DNA from: Bythopirellula sp.
GTDB taxonomy: Bacteria > Planctomycetota > Planctomycetia > Pirellulales > Lacipirellulaceae
Assembly: GCA_965216565.1 (NCBI GenBank)
Contig: OZ244170.1
Span: 2,848,001 to 2,912,000, forward strand
Direction: 5' to 3'
Length of the DNA stretch: 64,000 nt
The position numbers and the translations under genes are program-made. The first letter of the stretch is position 1, and every line of letters begins with the position of its first letter. A model generated the notes under the pieces. That model saw only the letters and a program-made list of their open reading frames with translations, was not told where the DNA came from and searched no databases. Shown one piece after another: positions 59,144 through 64,000 of the stretch.

Positions 59144-59193
59144 TGTTGGGCTTTCCGATCGGCGCGGCGCGAACCTTACCACCACAAATGCCC

Positions 59194-60393
59194 TTACCTC
59201 TGATAAATAGGCAAAATCTGATACTGTGGAGTTAAAGCAAGAATCGAAAGCGCGGTCGAGTAGGGGCGCCCGTAGCTGTCCCAACCTGGCGATGGTTTCC
59301 AAGATCCATCGGCTTGTTGATTAGCTGCCAGCGTCTGAAGAAGAGTTGGGAAATACCTGGACCAATAGGCGTCGCCCATCTGATACATGGCCTGACTGCA
59401 ATGATAGATTGTGTACTGGTAATGTTCATAGGGAGTCAACACTTCGTTGTATTTGAAAGATTGCTTGATCAAACGGTCTGAGGCAACCCGGGCACTCTCT
59501 GCGTGATGCTCGCCTGCAAGTTTCAAGGCCAGAATGCCAGCGCCGACAATACCTCGACTTGTGTACGGTCTTGGCTCTCGAATGCCGTACAGGAATTCTG
59601 CATTCTTTTCATCAAAGGAGCGTTGCACATAGTCAACCGCATCCTGGGCGTATTCCTTCGGCACATCGAACCCTGCGTTCTTGGCAGAGCGAAGAAAAGA
59701 CAACTGCCACGCAGTGACGGACAAGTCCGAATCAGCCGGTGTATGAGGGGACCGTTGAGAGTATTTCCATCCACCGATATCGATCTTCCGGCGTTTCTTC
59801 TCCGTTTGGTATTTGCGGGATAACTCTAAGGCGAGAGTCACGGAGGATTCAATTTTTTGATTCTGCCCAGTCGAGGTCATACCGTATGTCTCAGCGAGCA
59901 ACAATCCAGCCATTGCGTGGTTGTAAAGGGCGGCGTGGGCGGCGTTGTTTGGCGAGTAGTATCGTCCCGGTTTCACCTGAGAAAGCAAACCGTCCTCTTG
60001 CTGCGTCGACAAAACGAAACTAATAGCCTTCTGCAGCTGTCTCCCCTTCGGCGAATCGGAGGGTGCTTCGCCCGAGGACAGGACCGCCAAACAGCACAAA
60101 CTAGTGATCCCAGGCTGACCAATGGGCCCGGCTGCGAACGAGCCATCAGGTGACTGAGATTGCAAAATGTAGTCGATACCGCGATCAACGGTTTTTTCTA
60201 AGAGCTCCGACTGCTTGTCGGTGAGTTCGAACGAACTTAGGGCAATCGGAGAATCCTCTAGAGATTGCTGGCCCAAAGAGGTTGGCAGTGGCATGAACAG
60301 GGCACAACTAATGCAGACAATCAGAAATTGCCAAGGCAGAGGCACTCGGCCGCAATTCCTGGATAGTTTGCAACGCCAACTGGAATTCTGCAT
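59194..60393 (-). CDS. Secreted prenyltransferase/squalene-oxidase-repeat protein (paralogue of upstream gene)
   Basis: GIDYILQSQSPDGSF, YNHAMA, GGWKY, FLRSAKNAGF, NQQADGSW; ends ILPIYQR. Confidence 0.82.
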   Translation of the reverse strand: MQNSSWRCKLSRNCGRVPLPWQFLIVCISCALFMPLPTSLGQQSLEDSPIALSSFELTDKQSELLEKTVDRGIDYILQSQSPDGSFAAGPIGQPGITSLCCLAVLSSGEAPSDSPKGRQLQKAISFVLSTQQEDGLLSQVKPGRYYSPNNAAHAALYNHAMAGLLLAETYGMTSTGQNQKIESSVTLALELSRKYQTEKKRRKIDIGGWKYSQRSPHTPADSDLSVTAWQLSFLRSAKNAGFDVPKEYAQDAVDYVQRSFDEKNAEFLYGIREPRPYTSRGIVGAGILALKLAGEHHAESARVASDRLIKQSFKYNEVLTPYEHYQYTIYHCSQAMYQMGDAYWSRYFPTLLQTLAANQQADGSWKPSPGWDSYGRPYSTALSILALTPQYQILPIYQR

Positions 60394-60558
60394 TGCTGGT
60401 TCCCGGGTTAGAGCTCAGAACATAGCAATCATCGATCGAACAGTTGGAATCATTCTAGCGCATTAAGTTCCGTCCGGCGCATACGTTTTTGTGATCGCAG
60501 CAGAATTTCGAGAGCAAAAACGACCGGTCATTTCCAGTCGATGACTATTGGCAATGAG

Positions 60559-61392
60559 CTACTGCCCTGCGACCCGCTCAGGATAGACGACCATTTCGAT
60601 GCGGCGATTGCGCTGTTGGCCGTTTTCGGTGGCATTGGAGACTACCGGGTGATTGGCACCATGGCCGATCACGAAGAGTTGCTGCTGAGGGACCGTGCCG
60701 CGTTTCGAAAGTGCGTTGTATACGGCCAGGGCTTGGGCAACCGAGAGATGATGGTTGGTGGGATGCTGTTGGGAGTGGGTGGGCCGATTGTCGCTGTGAC
60801 CTTCGATACCGATGATGTTCTCGGGGAAGTTCCGTCGCAGCTCGGCGGCAACACTGTGGACGATTTGTTCAGCGTTGTTCTGCAAGTAAGCGCTGCCTGG
60901 CATAAACAAACCGTCACCGGCAATTTCGACACGCACCACGTCGCCATCCTGACGAACCGTGGCGCCCGGGATGTCTTTGATATTGAGCGTTCTCAGCAGA
61001 CTATTGTTGGCGCGAATTTCCGCCCCAGCACGTTTTTCTGCCGAGGCCAGCAGGGCTGAGGTTTTCGTTTGCAATTGATTGTTGCTCTGCCGCATGGCGA
61101 GCAATTGATCAGCGGTTGTCTTCAGTTGCTGACGTGTGGTATCGACTTCGTCTGTGAGCAGTTGGATCTGCTGACGCGATTGGGCGAGCATGGTTTCCAG
61201 CTCTTGATTGTTCCGGTCCAACTCCTGCGCGCGAACTTGGTACTCTTGCGTCTGCTGGGCTAGAGTCTGCATTTGATGTTGCGCGGCAGCCGTTCCGTTC
61301 TGGCCGGAATTGTGCACAAGACGTCCACAACCACTTGCCGGGAGCAGCAACAGGAGAGAGAGCAATCGCAGCTTGCGCCTTGCCGTATTCAT
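60559..61392 (-). CDS. OmpA/MotB-domain lipoprotein with coiled coil
   Basis: Lipobox ASGC; LF.PGSA.L, IEGHSD, N..LS..QA..V, NRRIEMV. Confidence 0.88.
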   Translation of the reverse strand: MNTARRKLRLLSLLLLLPASGCGRLVHNSGQNGTAAAQHQMQTLAQQTQEYQVRAQELDRNNQELETMLAQSRQQIQLLTDEVDTTRQQLKTTADQLLAMRQSNNQLQTKTSALLASAEKRAGAEIRANNSLLRTLNIKDIPGATVRQDGDVVRVEIAGDGLFMPGSAYLQNNAEQIVHSVAAELRRNFPENIIGIEGHSDNRPTHSQQHPTNHHLSVAQALAVYNALSKRGTVPQQQLFVIGHGANHPVVSNATENGQQRNRRIEMVVYPERVAGQ

Positions 61393-61424
61393 AGGACGCG
61401 AACAGTATCAGCCGCGCCGGTCGC

Positions 61425-61964
61425 TCACAAGGCCAGCTCTAGCTGACGAGTGCTAGCACTGGGCTGTTCCTCTCGAAACCCTGGTAGCGGTGTCGAGGGA
61501 TACGAACCGTAAAAACGCTTGATGTAATTGCGATGCCAGCGTTGGGAAGTATGAGGTTCCCAGCCAAACCGTTGGAGCAGCCGGTCGGAAATCCGTTGAT
61601 TTAAGGCGTCGCACAGGAGGGCGTCGGTCTGTTTTATCTCAGCCACCCCGTCCAAGGCCTCCACAGCCGCCTGCAGCGTGGCGAAGGAGGTCTTACTCGT
61701 CGACACTATGTACTTCAAGGCGAGGAAGTTGGAGTGGCCACGCGGTTGATTGTAATAGAGCAGGCAGCGGTCGGGCTGGCCGCTGGCCCGATAGGTGCTT
61801 CCCACGGGCCACAAGTCAGGCCACGAAAGAAGCTTGGGAAACCGGCGGAAATGAATGGCCACGAGTTGGCCGGCAGAGGTCTCGATCACCCCGTAGCGCC
61901 GGGAGCGAATCGCCGCAGAGGCTACCCCCGATTCGAATTCACCATGGAAATCTACTGACTTCAC
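61425..61964 (-). CDS. Hypothetical protein (possible GNAT-like C-terminus)
   Basis: GTG start overlaps the peptidase stop (GTGA) behind GGAGG; ...ALLCDALNQRISDRLLQRFGWE. Confidence 0.65.
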   Translation of the reverse strand: MKSVDFHGEFESGVASAAIRSRRYGVIETSAGQLVAIHFRRFPKLLSWPDLWPVGSTYRASGQPDRCLLYYNQPRGHSNFLALKYIVSTSKTSFATLQAAVEALDGVAEIKQTDALLCDALNQRISDRLLQRFGWEPHTSQRWHRNYIKRFYGSYPSTPLPGFREEQPSASTRQLELAL

Positions 61965-63325
61965 GGCGTGCCTCCTTCCTCTGGCCGGCCGAACAGTGCC
62001 ATTTTGATTTGTTGCCATACTGCGAGTAGTATCCCCAGCATCGCAAAACTCACCAGCAGCACCACGGGCATCAGCCAGCCGATGCTAAAGATGGCTTGCA
62101 ACCCGGTCGACCAAAACGATGGCCAACCAATAATGACGGCAAGGGTTCCTAAACAGAGAAAAGGGCCATAGGGAATCACATCATCGCGATGCAGCACCAG
62201 TTGTGCGACGCCAATAATCAGTGCGGCAAACGGCGCCACAAAGAAAATGACTACCCCAGCCTGCCAGCCGACAAAGGTGCCGACCATCATCATTAATGTC
62301 ACATCGCCGAAGCCCATCGCTTCGCGCCCCAAAGCCGCCGAGCCCACGATGCGCACCACCCACACCAATCCCCCACTAACGATCATCCCCAACAGCGAGG
62401 TGAGCAATCCAATCCAATACGTCCCACCTATCCACCACACCAGAGGAATCGCAACCGTCCCCGCCAGAGCGAAGACTCCCAAGGGAGGCCGTGTGAGCTC
62501 TCGAAAAACACGACGCGCCACCAGCGCCAGCGCGCGGCAAATCCCGTGGCGACGTCGCAAGATTCGTGGCGCAATCGCAAAACACCAGAGCCAATAACAA
62601 CCTAGTGCCATCGCCAGCGCTGGCCAACCGTTCAGCTCTTCGGTCCATTCGTTTGGCGCGGCCAGGGTGACAGGCTCTGCGTAGGCGGTGATTCCTGGCT
62701 TCATGGCTGCCAGCACCGGGGGCGGCAACGCGACTGGTTCGCCCAAGGCAGGTGGGGCCGGTCTAAGGTCTACGTGGGGCAGTAGCGCGGTGGGCAGCAA
62801 TGTCATTAGCACCAGACCTAGCAGCGTGCCAATCACGGTGATGTCGTCCGGGATGAGTTTCTCATCGATATCAATAAAACTCGCCGCCGCCATGAACGTG
62901 ATCAAAATGACATGGCTGACAAATATCGAATGGGTCAGGCTCTCTGAAACCAAAGGCAAAGCCAGCGGCACCGGACCAAAGATCTGGCGGACTAAATCGA
63001 ATACGATCGCCTGCTGGTCGACTTCCCACCAATACAGGGCCGCGAGCCCCACCGCCATGCCCAACTCAATCAACAGTGGTCGTACCCAGAAACCACGGCC
63101 GTGCAAGTCAGACTCTCGTCGCAAGCCAAGCCAGCCGAGAACTGGAATCCGATCGGCGACGCCACGGGCAGAACCTCCCGTCGGAAACGGCCCCCAGGGA
63201 CTGATCTCCCGACGATGCCATGCGAGCCGATAGGTGGCCCAATTCACCAGCGCACCCAAGACCGCCCCCACGCCGGCGACCAAGGCCAACCGTATCGAAA
63301 GCGGTAGCGCGAATAGGGCGTTCAT
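61961..63325 (-). CDS. pilD: Prepilin peptidase (A24 family), lacking the N-terminal CxxC pairs
   Basis: Catalytic Asp motifs SFIDIDEKLIPD and AMGFGDV; IPYGPFL. Confidence 0.85.
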   Translation of the reverse strand: MNALFALPLSIRLALVAGVGAVLGALVNWATYRLAWHRREISPWGPFPTGGSARGVADRIPVLGWLGLRRESDLHGRGFWVRPLLIELGMAVGLAALYWWEVDQQAIVFDLVRQIFGPVPLALPLVSESLTHSIFVSHVILITFMAAASFIDIDEKLIPDDITVIGTLLGLVLMTLLPTALLPHVDLRPAPPALGEPVALPPPVLAAMKPGITAYAEPVTLAAPNEWTEELNGWPALAMALGCYWLWCFAIAPRILRRRHGICRALALVARRVFRELTRPPLGVFALAGTVAIPLVWWIGGTYWIGLLTSLLGMIVSGGLVWVVRIVGSAALGREAMGFGDVTLMMMVGTFVGWQAGVVIFFVAPFAALIIGVAQLVLHRDDVIPYGPFLCLGTLAVIIGWPSFWSTGLQAIFSIGWLMPVVLLVSFAMLGILLAVWQQIKMALFGRPEEGGTP

Positions 63326-63352
63326 AAAGAAAGGTCCGGGCGACAGGGAAAG

Positions 63353-63880
63353 CTAATTCAAGCGAAGCTGGAGGACGATCTGTTCGGCGATCTCCGCCGG
63401 CGTCCTATCTTCGGTATCGACCTCAAGGGTAGCACATGCCCGGTAAATCGGTTCCCGCTGGGCCAGGAGGGCCTCAATTTCGGTACGACCGCCGTGATTA
63501 GTCAAATTAGGACGCCGCTCGGCGGTGGTAGGGTCACCACCCATTCGCTGCTCGATCGTCGCTGGCGAGGCCGTGAGCCAGACCACCGCCTGGCAATTCT
63601 TGAGCAGTTCGCGGTTTGCCGGAGCCAAGACGGCTCCTCCCCCCAGCGCCAAGACGGTTCTTTCGCGACTACACAATTCCTGCAGAACCCGTGACTCAGC
63701 GACGCGAAACTCGGCCTCTCCCAATTCGGCGAATATTTCAGCGATACTCTTGCCAAGCGCCAGTTCGACCTCCACGTCGGCGTCGACCCAGTCGTAGCCA
63801 ATACGTAAAGCGATCTGCTGCGCAACTGTCGTCTTGCCCGTACCGCGATAGCCGATGAGTGCTAGGGGAGAATTAGACAC
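63353..63880 (-). CDS. aroK: Shikimate kinase
   Basis: LIGYRGTGKTTV, DAD, GEAEFR..E, LGGGAV, RP.L, R.PIY. Confidence 0.95.
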   Translation of the reverse strand: MSNSPLALIGYRGTGKTTVAQQIALRIGYDWVDADVEVELALGKSIAEIFAELGEAEFRVAESRVLQELCSRERTVLALGGGAVLAPANRELLKNCQAVVWLTASPATIEQRMGGDPTTAERRPNLTNHGGRTEIEALLAQREPIYRACATLEVDTEDRTPAEIAEQIVLQLRLN

Positions 63881-63903
63881 AGGCGATGAAGCAATCGTTA
63901 GAG

Positions 63904-64000
63904 TTAAAAACGGACCGGGCCGATGGTCCGCTTCAGCACTTCGCGCATCAGATCTGCATCGGCTTCCTGCTGCGTGAAAAGATAAAACTGTAGCATGGCC
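63904..64000 (-). CDS. aroE: C-terminal end of shikimate dehydrogenase (truncated by window)
   Basis: ...AMLQFYLFTQQEADADLMREVLKRTIGPVRF* resembles the AroE C-terminus (QA..QF..FT); directly upstream of aroK. Confidence 0.7.
   Translation of the reverse strand, partial: AMLQFYLFTQQEADADLMREVLKRTIGPVRF

Noticed and set aside
57953..60393. Squalene-hopene cyclase / terpene cluster
   Set aside because: Too short, single barrel, signal peptides, no DxDD motif.

Overview
Gene-dense bacterial chromosome segment, very probably Planctomycetota (Pirellulales, Lacipirellulaceae-like; inferred from TIGR03000-type, dockerin-like/PEP-CTERM and FhcB/FhcC proteins). Most of it is housekeeping: gnd, zwf, psd, pssA, ribE, rsmA, mobA, fhcC/fhcB, pcm, coaD, cobA-hemD, rpsT, pyrK, rluB, purB, manA, tatC, cysE, an EF-G paralogue, hisA/hisH, a prepilin peptidase, aroK and the 3' end of aroE. 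These are interleaved with secreted proteases and surface proteins. I recognised no rRNA, tRNA, CRISPR array or transposase. Highlights: (1) a candidate exported-protein modification locus, in which a secreted TIGR03000-type protein with (G/A)-S-X repeats is followed by a coupled SdpA/DUF5819-like + HTTM (SdpB/vitamin K-dependent carboxylase-like) pair and preceded by a signal-peptide-bearing PIMT; (2) a single ORF built like a self-separating polyprotein (signal peptide, domain, PEP-CTERM, second signal peptide, M14 peptidase, PEP-CTERM); (3) a PEP-CTERM gene split by one in-frame TAA; (4) orphan NrdR-like boxes; (5) a structured cysE leader; (6) several families of REP/MITE-like palindromes in intergenic spaces. 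All family assignments come from recognising motifs by eye, not from database searches. Several starts were moved from the ORF track to a better RBS or N-terminus.
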